Origin: an uncultured Pseudomonadota bacterium
GTDB lineage: Bacteria; Vulcanimicrobiota; Vulcanimicrobiia; Eremiobacterales; Eremiobacteraceae
Length of the DNA: 64,000 nucleotides
Reading direction: 5' to 3'
Assembly: GCA_963736005.1 (NCBI GenBank)
Contig: CAVTNB010000001.1
Span: forward strand, 1,792,001-1,856,000
The notes beneath the pieces were generated by a model. That model searched no databases. It worked only from the letters and a program-made list of their open reading frames with translations, and had not been told where the DNA came from. Both the position numbers and the translations under genes were made by a program. Below, one piece after another: positions 51,469 to 61,438 of the stretch (within the stretch, counting starts at the first letter, position 1; each line of letters begins with the position of its first letter).

Positions 51469-51650
51469 TTCCCTGGGGTGTGCGAGAGCTCGTCTTGTGA
51501 TTGATCCAACACAATCACGAGAGGGAGCTTGACTCTGAACCCACTTGTGCAAGCCCTCCACGTTGAGGGAAGCCTTCCGGGGTTTAGGTAAGCACCCAAC
51601 CTGCAAACTGCGGGTTCAAATCCCTGGCGGGTAACGGCACTTTGGGGGAA
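51469..51650 (+). ncRNA. ssrS: 6S RNA
   Basis: About 182 nt intergenic; closing stem ttccctggggtg / cactttgggggaa; internal tgaaccc / gggttca stem; 3' cggcac motif; flanked by a promoter and a hairpin. Confidence 0.72.
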
Positions 51651-51653
51651 CGC

Positions 51654-51681
51654 AACGGCCCGGTCGATCGACCGGGCCGTT
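51654..51681. terminator. Perfect 28-bp palindrome, probable terminator between convergent units
   Basis: aacggcccggtcga|tcgaccgggccgtt. Confidence 0.7.
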
Positions 51682-51687
51682 TCATGG

Positions 51688-52476
51688 TTACGTGGCCGCC
51701 GCTTTCAAGGCGTCTTTCGCTAGAATGCCCCGCAGCCAGGCGACCGCTCTCGCGACAGCGGGACGTTCGGCTTCCGCGCCATTGTATTCTAATGTAAGGA
51801 AGCCTCGATAGCGATGCTGCCACAAGAGCGTGAGCGCGGCGATATAATCGATGGACTCGTCGGCGCCGAAAGTATCAAGCGAGCCCAAGGGGGCCACGAC
51901 AATTGTGGCACTTTCGAGTGCCTCCACCCACGCATCGCGATTCGGTGATGCCAAAACGGAGGCATCGGCCGCCAGGCGCAGCCACGCAGAATCGCTCTCC
52001 TTCATAATGCGCTTGGCTTCCGACGAGGAGGAGACAAGGGACTGGGCTCGCGGTTCGAGGGCGAAGGTAACGTTGCGCTGCTTCGCGCGCACGCACGCCG
52101 TCTTCAATCCGCGGATCGCTTCTCGCCACTCGACGGCTTGCGGCCCAAGTGACGCGGCTAAGGAAAATCGAACGAGCGGCGCGCCGAGCCATGCGGCTAT
52201 CTCGAGCGATCGTTCCAGGCCGACGACATGGTCATCGATGGTCGCAGCCTCAATGGCGATGTCATGCTGCAATGCGGCTACGGTCAAGCAGCGATCCGTG
52301 CAGAGTTTTTTCAACTGGGCGACGTATTCTGAGTCAAGACGGGGAAAATGCGCCAACGCAAACTCAACGCCGTCGAGCCCGAGCTCGTTCGCGCACAGAT
52401 CGACCCATTCGAGTTGGGTAAGGTCGCCTGCCGACAGCATTCGAGCGTACGAATGCGAGTTGCAGCAGATCTTCAT
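51688..52476 (-). CDS. Sugar-phosphate isomerase/epimerase-like TIM-barrel protein
   Basis: LGLDGVE, A..LGAP.VR, ALEP, YRG.LTLEY; start trimmed to ATG 52476. Confidence 0.8.
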   Translation of the reverse strand: MKICCNSHSYARMLSAGDLTQLEWVDLCANELGLDGVEFALAHFPRLDSEYVAQLKKLCTDRCLTVAALQHDIAIEAATIDDHVVGLERSLEIAAWLGAPLVRFSLAASLGPQAVEWREAIRGLKTACVRAKQRNVTFALEPRAQSLVSSSSEAKRIMKESDSAWLRLAADASVLASPNRDAWVEALESATIVVAPLGSLDTFGADESIDYIAALTLLWQHRYRGFLTLEYNGAEAERPAVARAVAWLRGILAKDALKAAAT

Positions 52477-52586
52477 GCACGTGTGCCGAAATGGCGAATG
52501 CGCGTCGCTCTCAACGAGCCGCAGTTCTGCGAGGCGAGGCGCAACCCTGCGGAGCGACCGCTGCTCCATTTCTGTAAAGGCGCTTC

Positions 52587-53543
52587 ATGAGTTTTGTGCT
52601 TTGTGTCGGCGAGGCGTTGATCGATTTTGTTGGCCAATCCCACGTGCGGGATATTGGCGCGAGCGAGAGCTTCCACCGGGCAGCTGGTGGAGCAGTCGCA
52701 AACGTCGCTGTTGGGATTGCGCGGTTGGGGGGAGAGGCGCACTTCGCCGGCGCGCTGAGTCGCGATGCCTTCGGCCGCTATCTATTGCGAACACTCGCTT
52801 GGGAGAACGTCAACGTTGACGGCGTGCGCACCGTTGATGCACCGACGACGCTGGCGTTTGTCGCTCGCGGTGAAGACGGCGAGCGGGATTTCCTCTTCGT
52901 GCGCAACCCGGGGGCGGACAGCCTGCTCGAAGCCGCGGACATCGATATGCACAAACTTGCGCGCGCGCGCATCGTGCATTTTGGCGGCGTGTTGCTGTCA
53001 AGGGAGCCCGCGCGCTCGGCGTGCTTCGCCGCCGCGGCAAGCGCGCGTCGCGCGGGTGTGTTGGTCAGCTTCGATCCAAACGTGCGTGTGGCGCTGTGGC
53101 AATCACGCGAAGAGATGAAACGCATCACCTTGGTCGGTTGCGCGAACGCGACGCTCGTCAAACTTTCCGAAGACGATTTCGTCGAACTCGAAATTGCCCC
53201 ATCCAATGTGGGCGCACTGTTCAACGAATCGACTCGAGTCGTGATCGTCACACGCGGCGCGCGCGGCGCATCGTTTTTCACAAGCGCAGGTGACCAGGGA
53301 GATGCGTCGGCACTGCCGATCGAACCGGTCGATACGACAGGTGCGGGTGACGCGGCGATGTCGGCCATTTTATGGAGAGTAGCGCATCGGCACTGCGAAT
53401 TGTCGCGCGACGTTCTCGCAGAAGCGATCAGATATGCCAACGCCGCCGGTGGTCTGGCTAGCATGCGCGAAGGAGCCATTCCATCGTTGCCCACTGCGGA
53501 ACAAGTCGAAGCGGTGCTCCCCAGGTTGCCTCATCTAAGCTAG
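52587..53543 (+). CDS. PfkB family carbohydrate kinase (fructokinase-like)
   Basis: GEALIDF, GGA.ANVA, FDPNVR, VDTTGAGD. Confidence 0.92.
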   Translation: MSFVLCVGEALIDFVGQSHVRDIGASESFHRAAGGAVANVAVGIARLGGEAHFAGALSRDAFGRYLLRTLAWENVNVDGVRTVDAPTTLAFVARGEDGERDFLFVRNPGADSLLEAADIDMHKLARARIVHFGGVLLSREPARSACFAAAASARRAGVLVSFDPNVRVALWQSREEMKRITLVGCANATLVKLSEDDFVELEIAPSNVGALFNESTRVVIVTRGARGASFFTSAGDQGDASALPIEPVDTTGAGDAAMSAILWRVAHRHCELSRDVLAEAIRYANAAGGLASMREGAIPSLPTAEQVEAVLPRLPHLS

Positions 53544-53557
53544 GGAAGGGTGCAAGC

Positions 53558-54058
53558 GTGACCGCTCCGTCGCTGCTGGTCTTCATCTGCTCCCATAACG
53601 CTGTCCGAAGTGCGATTGCCGAAGCGATCGCGGCGGACGAGGCTGGCCGCCGCGGTCTTCCACTCGAAGTTGCAAGCGCTGGGACCCATGCGCTGCCCGG
53701 CTATGCCGCCGCGTCCATCGCGCAAGCCACGATAAGCGAGATTGGTCTTTCGCTCGAACATCATCGCTCGAAGCCGGCTGATGCGGATCTTGTCACGCGG
53801 GCAACGCTCGTCGTGACGATGACCGACGCGCAGCGCGAAATGCTGCATACCGCGTTCCCCAAAGAAAAGGCCAAGGTGGTGAGCTTCGACGATTTGACGC
53901 ACCAGGGGGATGTGCCCGATCCAGTCGGGGGCGACGCGCAAGAGGTGCGCGCGGTCAGGGACGTGCTGCAATCCTGGATGCCGACCATCTTCGCTGCGCT
54001 CGCACAGCGCGTTAATGCCGGGCGTGAAGGTGAACCCAAAGGCGGCGAATTGTCCTGA
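53558..54058 (+). CDS. Low-molecular-weight protein arginine/tyrosine phosphatase (YwlE-like)
   Basis: CSHNAVRS P-loop, SAGT, DVPDP.G; upstream of rpiB-glyA. Confidence 0.85.
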   Translation: MTAPSLLVFICSHNAVRSAIAEAIAADEAGRRGLPLEVASAGTHALPGYAAASIAQATISEIGLSLEHHRSKPADADLVTRATLVVTMTDAQREMLHTAFPKEKAKVVSFDDLTHQGDVPDPVGGDAQEVRAVRDVLQSWMPTIFAALAQRVNAGREGEPKGGELS

Positions 54059-54073
54059 GGAGAACGACGCGAC

Positions 54074-54559
54074 ATGGCTAGCAGTACCTTTCGCATCGCG
54101 GTGGGAGCGGACCATGCCGGCTTCGGATACAAAGGCATGGTCGCCGAACATTTGCGCAGCCTTGGACACGAAGTCGTCGATTTTGGAACGTACTCGACCG
54201 ACCCGGTTGACTACCCCCTGATTGGGTTCAAGGTTGGTGAAGCCGTTGCTCATGGCGAGTGCGATCGTGGAGTGCTTGTGTGCGGATCGAGTCTAGGTGT
54301 GGCGATGGCGGCGAACAAAGTGAAGGGTGTCCGCGCGGCGTCGATCGCCGAGCCGTACTCCGCAAAACTGTCTCGCCAACATAACGATTGCAACATTATT
54401 TGCTTTGCCGAGCGTCTCACCGGTTGGGAAATGGTGCGCGAGTGCCTTGAGGTGTGGCTCGTGACCGAGCCGGAGGGTGGGCGTCATCAGCGCCGCGTGC
54501 AAGAAATTGACGACTATCCGGCAATCGCGCCGGCAATGACGCAAGAAGTACGCCCGTGA
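54074..54559 (+). CDS. rpiB: Ribose-5-phosphate isomerase B
   Basis: GADHAG, DYP, CGS, ANKV.G.R, HND.N, GGRH.RR. Confidence 0.94.
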   Translation: MASSTFRIAVGADHAGFGYKGMVAEHLRSLGHEVVDFGTYSTDPVDYPLIGFKVGEAVAHGECDRGVLVCGSSLGVAMAANKVKGVRAASIAEPYSAKLSRQHNDCNIICFAERLTGWEMVRECLEVWLVTEPEGGRHQRRVQEIDDYPAIAPAMTQEVRP

Positions 54560-55809
54560 ACGCTCGCCTGTTGGAGCGATCGACGCTCGCGGATTCCGAT
54601 CCGGAGGTTGCGCGAGCCATCGCGCTCGAGGAAGAGCGCCAACGCCGAAACCTCGAATTGATCGCATCGGAAAATTACGTGAGCGCAGCCGTTCGCGAAG
54701 CCGCCGGCAGCGTCATGACCAACAAATACGCCGAAGGGTATCCCGGCAAACGGTATTACGGCGGCTGCGAATACGTCGACATGGTCGAAACGCTCGCGAT
54801 CGATCGCCTCAAGAAATTGTTTGAAGTCGAGTACGCCAACGTGCAACCACACTCGGGCGCACAGGCGAACATGGCCGTGTACTTCTCCGCCTTGGCGCCC
54901 GGCGACACGATCATGGGCACCGCGCTCGACCACGGCGGGCACCTCACGCACGGCAGCAAGGTGAGCTTTAGCGGGAAGATCTATCACGTCGTCACGTACG
55001 GCGTGAACCAAAAGACCGAACGATTCGACTACGATGAAATCCGAGCCATCGCGCGCCAGCACAAGCCAAAAATGATCGTCGCCGGTTGGAGTGCGTACTC
55101 CCGCATTCCGGACTGGGGCGCGTTCGCCGACATCGCGCACGAAGTTGGTGCCTTGCTCTTCGCGGACATCGCGCACGTTGCGGGCCTCATCGCGGCCGGC
55201 ATTCATCCAAGTCCGGTGGGCCATGCGGACTACATCACGACGACGACGCACAAAACGTTGCGCGGCCCCCGCGGGGGCGCGATCATGACCGACGCCGAGC
55301 GTGGCAAGACGATTGCGAAGACCGTCTTTCCAGGTCTGCAAGGCGGGCCGCTCATGCACGTCATCGCAGCCAAGGCGGTGGCGCTGCACGAAGCATCGCG
55401 ACCCGATTTTGTCGACTATGCCAAGCAAGTCGTCAAAAATGCACAGACGTTGGCGCGAGCGCTCGAGTCCAAAGGACTGCGCATCGTGGCAGGCGGCACC
55501 GACAACCACCTGATGTTGGTTGACGTTTCCGTTCGAGGTCTGACGGGCAAGGGGGTCGAGGAATATTTCGACCAGATTGGGATCACGGTCAACAAGAACA
55601 TGATTCCGTTTGACCGTCATCCGCCGGCAGTTTCGAGCGGTGTGCGCATTGGAACCCCCGCCGTCACCACGCGTGGTCTGCGCGAAGCGGACATGGAACA
55701 AATTGCCGACATCATGGGTGCCGCGATGGACGACATCGGCCGCAACGAGCAGCGCGAAAAGCTGCGGGCGCGCGTCTACGAGCTGACCGGACGCTTTGGC
55801 GTGCCGTAG
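54556..55809 (+). CDS. glyA: Serine hydroxymethyltransferase
   Basis: [41 protein letters not shown]. Confidence 0.98.
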   Translation: MNARLLERSTLADSDPEVARAIALEEERQRRNLELIASENYVSAAVREAAGSVMTNKYAEGYPGKRYYGGCEYVDMVETLAIDRLKKLFEVEYANVQPHSGAQANMAVYFSALAPGDTIMGTALDHGGHLTHGSKVSFSGKIYHVVTYGVNQKTERFDYDEIRAIARQHKPKMIVAGWSAYSRIPDWGAFADIAHEVGALLFADIAHVAGLIAAGIHPSPVGHADYITTTTHKTLRGPRGGAIMTDAERGKTIAKTVFPGLQGGPLMHVIAAKAVALHEASRPDFVDYAKQVVKNAQTLARALESKGLRIVAGGTDNHLMLVDVSVRGLTGKGVEEYFDQIGITVNKNMIPFDRHPPAVSSGVRIGTPAVTTRGLREADMEQIADIMGAAMDDIGRNEQREKLRARVYELTGRFGVP

Positions 55810-55823
55810 GCGAAGGCAAGGAG

Positions 55824-56561
55824 ATGGAAGCTTCCGTGTCGGCGATGTCTGGGCTCACGACGCATCCCCAATACCCGAATCTGGTGATTCTCGATCACCC
55901 GCTTGTTGCCGACAAGTTGGGCCGCGTGCGCGATGCAGCCACGCCCAACAAAGAATTCCGCGAACTCTGCGCTGAGCTTGCGACGCTGCTTGCGTGGCCT
56001 GCGACCGCCGATCTCGAAGTCACCGATACGCAGGTGGCGACGCCGCTGGCCTGGGCCAACGCAAAGAGCATCACGCAAGTACCGCTGCTGGTCCCGATTT
56101 TGCGGGCCGGCCTAGGACTCGTGCCCGGCTTCCACGCGCTCATGCCGCAAGCGACGGTCGCGCATGTTGGGATCTATCGCGACCCAGACACTCTCGAAGC
56201 GGTGCCATATTACGTGAATCTGCCCGAGCAGTTGTCGGGCTGGCGCGCGTTCGTCCTTGACCCGATGCTCGCGACGGGGGCATCGGCCATTGCCAGCATC
56301 ACGCTCTTGCTGGAGCGCGGTGCGGACATCTCGGACTTGCGTTACATCTCGCTGATCGCTGCACCGGAAGGTCTGCGCGCGCTCTTCGGCGAGCATCCGA
56401 AACTGCGAGCATACACGTGCGCAGTGGATCGACATCTCAACGACCATGGCTATATTGTCCCAGGCCTCGGCGACGCGGGCGATCGTCTCTATGGGGCCGG
56501 GGCTGGACGAGTGCCCGAAACGGCGGTGCGCGCCATTCGCCGCAGGGAGCGCAAGCGGTGA
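55824..56561 (+). CDS. upp: Uracil phosphoribosyltransferase
   Basis: PILRAG, DPMLATG, GYIVPGLGDAGDR. Confidence 0.96.
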   Translation: MEASVSAMSGLTTHPQYPNLVILDHPLVADKLGRVRDAATPNKEFRELCAELATLLAWPATADLEVTDTQVATPLAWANAKSITQVPLLVPILRAGLGLVPGFHALMPQATVAHVGIYRDPDTLEAVPYYVNLPEQLSGWRAFVLDPMLATGASAIASITLLLERGADISDLRYISLIAAPEGLRALFGEHPKLRAYTCAVDRHLNDHGYIVPGLGDAGDRLYGAGAGRVPETAVRAIRRRERKR

Positions 56562-57025
56562 GCGACGCAGCATCCACGCTCGAGGCCAAAGGGTACGACC
56601 GCCCATCCTGGGATGCGTACTTCAGCGCGATCACGCGCGCCGTTGCCACGCGGGCTACATGTTCGCGCAAGGCAGTGGGCGCTGTTCTCGTCAAGAACAA
56701 ACTCATTTTAGCCACAGGTTACAATGGCGCCCCGGCGGGTTTGCGTCACTGCGACCATCGCGATGGGAAAGACCTGCTGGGCGGACACTGCGCCCGCTCG
56801 ACCCATGCCGAACAGAACGCCATCGTGCAAGCCGCGCGCCATGGCATCTCAATCGACGGCGCAACGCTGTATTGTACCAATAACCCGTGTCTAGGCTGCA
56901 CGAAGTTGCTCATCAACGCGGGCATCAGGCGCATCGTCTACCAAGAACCGTATCCGGATCCACTGGCTTTCGAGCTGCTGAACGAAGCAGGTGTTACGGT
57001 CGAGCAGTCTGGCGCCGTGGGCTAG
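56558..57025 (+). CDS. dCMP deaminase family protein
   Basis: RPSWD.YF, TGYNG, HAEQNA, PC..C; GTG overlapping the upp stop. Confidence 0.92.
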   Translation: MSDAASTLEAKGYDRPSWDAYFSAITRAVATRATCSRKAVGAVLVKNKLILATGYNGAPAGLRHCDHRDGKDLLGGHCARSTHAEQNAIVQAARHGISIDGATLYCTNNPCLGCTKLLINAGIRRIVYQEPYPDPLAFELLNEAGVTVEQSGAVG

Positions 57026-57032
57026 GCGCCGC

Positions 57033-58058
57033 GTGTATCAGCAACTTTTCAACATCAACATCTACTGGCTGTGTGCGATGACGTTTGTCCTCGCGGCAGC
57101 CAGTTGCGCAATCGTCACGCCGCTCGTCCGGCGCATGGCCTTTGCTGTCGGCGTTTTTGACGAACCGGATGAAGACCGGCGCGTGCACACGCAACCAACG
57201 CCTCGTTTGGGAGGCGTCGCCATCTTCATTGGGTTCATGCTGGCGCTCTTCGCTATGCTTAACGTCGCGCTGAACAATAACTTTGTTATCCATCACTATC
57301 TAGGAACACGCGACTTGGCCGAAGTCATCGGATTGCTCTTTGGCGCCACGCTCATGTTGGGCATTGGGTTGTGGGATGATATCATGCGCATGAGGCCACA
57401 GGCAAAGTTACTGGCCCAGTTTTTGGTCGCCATCGTCATGATCGTTCTCTATAAGTTCACTATTTTGGGGTTTTCGCTGCCGCACTTTGGTTACATAGCC
57501 CTGGGCGCGTTCGCCATTCCGTTTTCTCTGTTTTGGTATCTGGGGATGGTGAATGCCATCAATTTCATGGATGGCCTCGACGGCCTCGTGACCGGGGTGA
57601 CCCTCATTGCGTCCATCACCATGGTCATCGTCTCGTGGTGGCACCACGAATATCTTGTGGCCATCACGATGTGTGCTCTGGGTGGTGCAGCCGCCGGCTT
57701 TTTGCCGTTCAACTACAATCCAGCACGCATCTTTATGGGCGATGGCGGATCGCTTTTTATCGGCTTCGTTCTTGCGAGCGCAGCGGTGATGGGAACCGAG
57801 AAGGTGGCCGTTGGTATTTCGCTGCTCGTTCCACTGCTCGTGCTCGCGCTGCCCATTTTGGACACCGCGCGTGTGATCGTGCAGCGGCTCGGTAAGCGCG
57901 CACCGCTCTTTGATGCCGATCGCACGCACATGCATCACCGGCTCCTCGACGTTGGCCTCTCGCAACGACAGGTCGTCAACCTCATTTATTTGGTGTGCTT
58001 CATTCTCGGCGCCATCGCCATCGTGCTCTCGCGCCCCGGAGGCCCGCACGTGCTTTGA
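57033..58058 (+). CDS. Undecaprenyl-phosphate GlcNAc-1-phosphate transferase (WecA/TagO, MraY family)
   Basis: H..PTPRLGG, WDD, NAINFMDGLDGL, IFMGD.G, DR.H.HH. Confidence 0.93.
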   Translation: MYQQLFNINIYWLCAMTFVLAAASCAIVTPLVRRMAFAVGVFDEPDEDRRVHTQPTPRLGGVAIFIGFMLALFAMLNVALNNNFVIHHYLGTRDLAEVIGLLFGATLMLGIGLWDDIMRMRPQAKLLAQFLVAIVMIVLYKFTILGFSLPHFGYIALGAFAIPFSLFWYLGMVNAINFMDGLDGLVTGVTLIASITMVIVSWWHHEYLVAITMCALGGAAAGFLPFNYNPARIFMGDGGSLFIGFVLASAAVMGTEKVAVGISLLVPLLVLALPILDTARVIVQRLGKRAPLFDADRTHMHHRLLDVGLSQRQVVNLIYLVCFILGAIAIVLSRPGGPHVL

Positions 58059-59194
58059 TAGCCCCGCTGCGGGTGGGCGTTGTCTTCGGTACCCGTCCTG
58101 ATGCAGTGAAAATGGCGCCGGTGATTGCGGCGCTCTCGCACGATGCTCGGTTCCACTGCATCACGATCGCAACCGCACAACACCGCGAAATGCTCGATGA
58201 GGTGCTGAGTCTTTTTGCGATCAAAGCCGAGTACGACCTAGCCGTCATGACCGAGGGCCAATCACTGACGGATGTCACGACGCGGGTGCTCGAGCGGGTG
58301 GGCACCGTGCTGCAAGACGTCCGGCCGGATGTGGTTTTGGTCCACGGCGATACAACCACGTCGACCGCTGCTGCGTTGGCCGCATACTACCAACAGATTC
58401 CGGTGGGCCACGTCGAGGCGGGTCTCCGCACGAATACGATCTACGAACCATTTCCCGAAGAAATCAATCGGCGGCTGACCGGCGTGCTCGCAACGTACCA
58501 CTTTGCGCCCACGCCGCTTGCCAAGCAGAACCTCTTACGCGAAGGCAAGGACCCCGCGACCATTGTGGTCACCGGCAATACCGTGATCGATGCGTTTGGG
58601 CAAATCCATGCAGGCGTCACCGCTGACGACGCGGTGCGTGTCAGCACGCCGAGAATGATTTTTGCAGAAGCGCACCGGCGAGAGAATCTTGGGGCGCCGA
58701 TGGAAGCAATCTGCAGAGCTCTGCGGACTGTCCTCGCCACTCGACCAGATGTCTCGCTCGTATGGCCCGTGCATCCCAATCCGCCCATTGTGGAAGTCGT
58801 GCGGCGCATCTTGGATGGTGAACCTCGCGTGCACTTGATTCAACCGTTGAGTTACCGGCGTCTGGTTGCGACCATAGCGCACGCAACGATTGTCGCGACC
58901 GACTCAGGCGGTCTTCAGGAAGAGGCCCCGACGCTGGGCAAGCCCGTGCTCGTGTTGCGCAGAGTCACAGAACGGCCGGAAGGATTGCAAACGGGGACGC
59001 TGCGCCTCGCAGGCGTCGAGGAGCACGAGATCGTCAAACACGTTTCGGAGCTGCTCGATGATAAGACGGCATATCAAAAGATGGCGAGGGCCGCGAACCC
59101 GTACGGTGATGGCCACGCTGCCAAACGCATCGCGGATGCACTGTGGGCACTCATGCGCAACGGCACGCTGCCAGATGAATTCCACCCAATGTAG
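58055..59194 (+). CDS. wecB: UDP-GlcNAc 2-epimerase (non-hydrolysing)
   Basis: FGTRP...KMAP, HGDT, HVEAGLR, PFPEE.NR, HRREN, DSGGLQEEA, NPYGDG; TTG at 58055. Confidence 0.95.
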   Translation: MIAPLRVGVVFGTRPDAVKMAPVIAALSHDARFHCITIATAQHREMLDEVLSLFAIKAEYDLAVMTEGQSLTDVTTRVLERVGTVLQDVRPDVVLVHGDTTTSTAAALAAYYQQIPVGHVEAGLRTNTIYEPFPEEINRRLTGVLATYHFAPTPLAKQNLLREGKDPATIVVTGNTVIDAFGQIHAGVTADDAVRVSTPRMIFAEAHRRENLGAPMEAICRALRTVLATRPDVSLVWPVHPNPPIVEVVRRILDGEPRVHLIQPLSYRRLVATIAHATIVATDSGGLQEEAPTLGKPVLVLRRVTERPEGLQTGTLRLAGVEEHEIVKHVSELLDDKTAYQKMARAANPYGDGHAAKRIADALWALMRNGTLPDEFHPM

Positions 59195-59250
59195 TGTCGC
59201 GAATTTATTCGCGACGAGGACCAATGTAGTGTCGCGAATTTATTCGCGAC
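59186..59250 (+). repeat. Tandem pair of identical REP family B units (30 bp, period 35)
   Basis: ccaatgtagtgtcgcgaatttattcgcgac at 59186 and 59221. Confidence 0.92.
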
Positions 59251-59260
59251 CAGAGGAGTA

Positions 59261-59462
59261 ATGAGGCAGACAACCTCCGCCCTCGCTCGGCCAACTCGGT
59301 GGCGTCGGCATGACGGTGATCGGCACGATCATCGTTGGGTTCGCGTTCGGCTGGCTGGGCTCGAAATTCTTGCATTGGGACTGGGCCATCCCAGTTGGGA
59401 TCGTGCTTGGCTTTGTCGCGGGCATGGTCTCGATGTTTCGCCAACTCTCGAGACGAATGTAG
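59261..59462 (+). CDS. AtpZ/AtpI-family small membrane protein, frameshift just after the start
   Basis: Frame QPPPSLGQLGGVGMTVIGTIIVGFAFGWLGSKFLHWDWAIPVGIVLGFVAGMVSMFRQLSRRM*; the GAGGAG-ATG at 59261 is one base out of frame; in-frame ATG at 59310. Confidence 0.7.
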
Positions 59463-59475
59463 CCGCTGACAGAGT

Positions 59476-59504
59476 GAGCGGACTCAGGAGGTCCGCTGCT
59501 ACAT
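59476..59504 (-). repeat. REP family A copy
   Basis: gagcggactcaggaggtccgctgctacat. Confidence 0.8.
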
Positions 59505-59556
59505 AAACGTCATATTCGCAGGTCCGTTTTCCGAGCCACTCGAAGGCACTAACTCG

Positions 59557-59952
59557 ATGGAAAACGTCCGCTCGTTTCAAGCGGCCGTTGCCTTGCGCAG
59601 CCTGGTGCTGTCGGCAATTGCGGCCACGAGCCTTGCGACATTTGGCCACCGAAGCGTTCCCGCACTGGCGCTTTTCGCCGGAACGCTCATCGGGCTTGCG
59701 TATCTTTTCCACATCGCTACGGCGTTTAACCGGCTGACGAAAGGTGGTAAGGGCTACTTGCCGCTCTTGGCGATCGAATCGTTGTTGCGTGTGCTTATCG
59801 CCGGAGCTGCGCCTTTTGTCATCATCGGGCGCGGGCCAGCTATCGCTTACTTTTTGTATCTTGCCGGATTTGTCGCACCGCTAGCAGTGGCCATTCTGAC
59901 CATTGCGCAACAAATCAAAACCGACTCTGTCAAACAGAGCGTAGCAACGTAA
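59557..59952 (+). CDS. ATP synthase protein I-like membrane protein
   Basis: Four hydrophobic segments; immediately upstream of atpB. Confidence 0.7.
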   Translation: MENVRSFQAAVALRSLVLSAIAATSLATFGHRSVPALALFAGTLIGLAYLFHIATAFNRLTKGGKGYLPLLAIESLLRVLIAGAAPFVIIGRGPAIAYFLYLAGFVAPLAVAILTIAQQIKTDSVKQSVAT

Positions 59953-59966
59953 GATCGGCGAGCACG

Positions 59967-60698
59967 ATGCAAGAAACGCCTGGAATTCATCCGCTATGGC
60001 ATATTCCATTTATGTCGGGGCCGTTCAGCACGGTTCACGTGGATACCGTCGTCATTACGTGGTTGGCGATGGTGCTCGCTCTCGCCGTCGTCGGTCTGCT
60101 CGCCGCGACGCATCCGGTGACCGTCATCTCAAAACGGTACAGTGTCATGGAGCTTGGCGTAAGCTATCTGACCGAGCTCACAACGAGCATCCTCGGCAAA
60201 AATGGTGCGCCCTTCGTACCGTACATCATCTCGCTCTTTATCTTCATTCTGCTGCTCAACGAGATAGGACTGATTCCACTGATCGGCAGATCGCCAACGG
60301 CCGACATCAACACAACCGCAGCGCTCGCAATCACCACGATCCTGCTCATCCAGATCGTTGGAATTCGCAATCACGGGCTCGGTTATTACAAGCATCTCTT
60401 CGTCCAACCGTGGATCTTGGGCATCTTCATGCTGCCAATTAACATTATCGATGAAATCGCACGCCCCATCACCTTGGCAATGCGGCTCTTCGGCAATATC
60501 TTTGCGGGCGAGATACTGCTCTTGGTGGTGGCCGGCGTCATCAACGCCCATCTCGGTGCCATTTCGGCTATCGCAAATATCGGACCGCTCTTCATCTTTG
60601 CATTCAATATGATCATCGGGGTCATCCAAGCGATGGTCTTTACCTTGTTAACCATCGCGTACTTGATCACGCCTACTCAAACCTCAACGGAACACTAA
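59967..60698 (+). CDS. atpB: ATP synthase F0 subunit a
   Basis: SPTADIN.T, RPITLAMRLFGNIFAGE, IQA.VF..L...Y. Confidence 0.97.
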   Translation: MQETPGIHPLWHIPFMSGPFSTVHVDTVVITWLAMVLALAVVGLLAATHPVTVISKRYSVMELGVSYLTELTTSILGKNGAPFVPYIISLFIFILLLNEIGLIPLIGRSPTADINTTAALAITTILLIQIVGIRNHGLGYYKHLFVQPWILGIFMLPINIIDEIARPITLAMRLFGNIFAGEILLLVVAGVINAHLGAISAIANIGPLFIFAFNMIIGVIQAMVFTLLTIAYLITPTQTSTEH

Positions 60699-60711
60699 AG
60701 GGAGCATCTTC

Positions 60712-60996
60712 GTGGAAAACGCAATTCTTGCAGCCGCAGTCATCCTGGGATTCGCGCTCATTGTCGGTTTTGCGGGCTTCGGTTCGGCAATCGGCGACGG
60801 TATTATTGGTAGCAAGGCGGTTGAGTCAATCGCCCGTCAGCCTGAAGCCAGGCCGAATATTTTCTTTTTCTATCTCTTGGGCGTCGGTATTTTGGAAGCG
60901 TTCCCGATCATCGGCATCGCGCTGGCCTTCTATCTCGTTCTGGGGTTTGGCGGTCTCGGAGTGATGCAGGCGCTCAAACCCCTCTTGGGTCACTAG
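60712..60996 (+). CDS. atpE: ATP synthase F0 subunit c
   Basis: ARQPE loop, LEAFP carboxylate. Confidence 0.96.
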   Translation: MENAILAAAVILGFALIVGFAGFGSAIGDGIIGSKAVESIARQPEARPNIFFFYLLGVGILEAFPIIGIALAFYLVLGFGGLGVMQALKPLLGH

Positions 60997-61000
60997 ACGC

Positions 61001-61435
61001 ATGCTGCTTTCGCTCGACGGCACGTTCCTCGTCCAGATTCTGAACTTCATCATTTTCTGGATCTTGTTGAACTATCTGTTCATCGCACCAACGCGTCGAG
61101 CAATCAACGAGCGGCAGCGTTATGTGTCCAATCTCTATCGAGAAGGAGACGAACTTGCGGCGCAGACGGCCGCGTTCCAAAAGGAAGCAAACGCAATCTT
61201 GAATGCGGCTCGCCGTCGTACCGAGGAAGCGATGCGCGCCGCGGCAGCCCGCGCTTCGGACGAAACGCATTCGATTGAGCGCAAAGCGGCTGAAGAAGCG
61301 GCCGCGACCGTTCAGCTCGCCCAAGCAACTGTTGCGAGCGAGCGCGCCGCCGCACTGGAAAAACAACAGGCCTTTGTCAACGAACTCGCGCGCACCATGG
61401 TGGAACGCGCAACCGGCTTCGAGCCCGCGGCGTAG
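61001..61435 (+). CDS. ATP synthase F0 subunit b'
   Basis: LDGT...Q..NF.I....L.....P......ER then coiled coil. Confidence 0.88.
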   Translation: MLLSLDGTFLVQILNFIIFWILLNYLFIAPTRRAINERQRYVSNLYREGDELAAQTAAFQKEANAILNAARRRTEEAMRAAAARASDETHSIERKAAEEAAATVQLAQATVASERAAALEKQQAFVNELARTMVERATGFEPAA

Positions 61436-61438
61436 GCC

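Noticed and set aside
59186..59250. Possible CRISPR mini-array (30-bp palindromic direct repeat)
   Set aside because: Only two units, a 5-nt spacer, no cas genes; the unit is a dispersed REP
59261..59506. 81-aa ORF-track product MRQTTSAL...
   Set aside because: Wrong frame; the AtpZ-like hydrophobic product is in the adjacent frame
60712..60996. Na+-translocating ATP synthase
   Set aside because: The c subunit has EAF rather than the ES/T Na+ motif, consistent with H+ coupling
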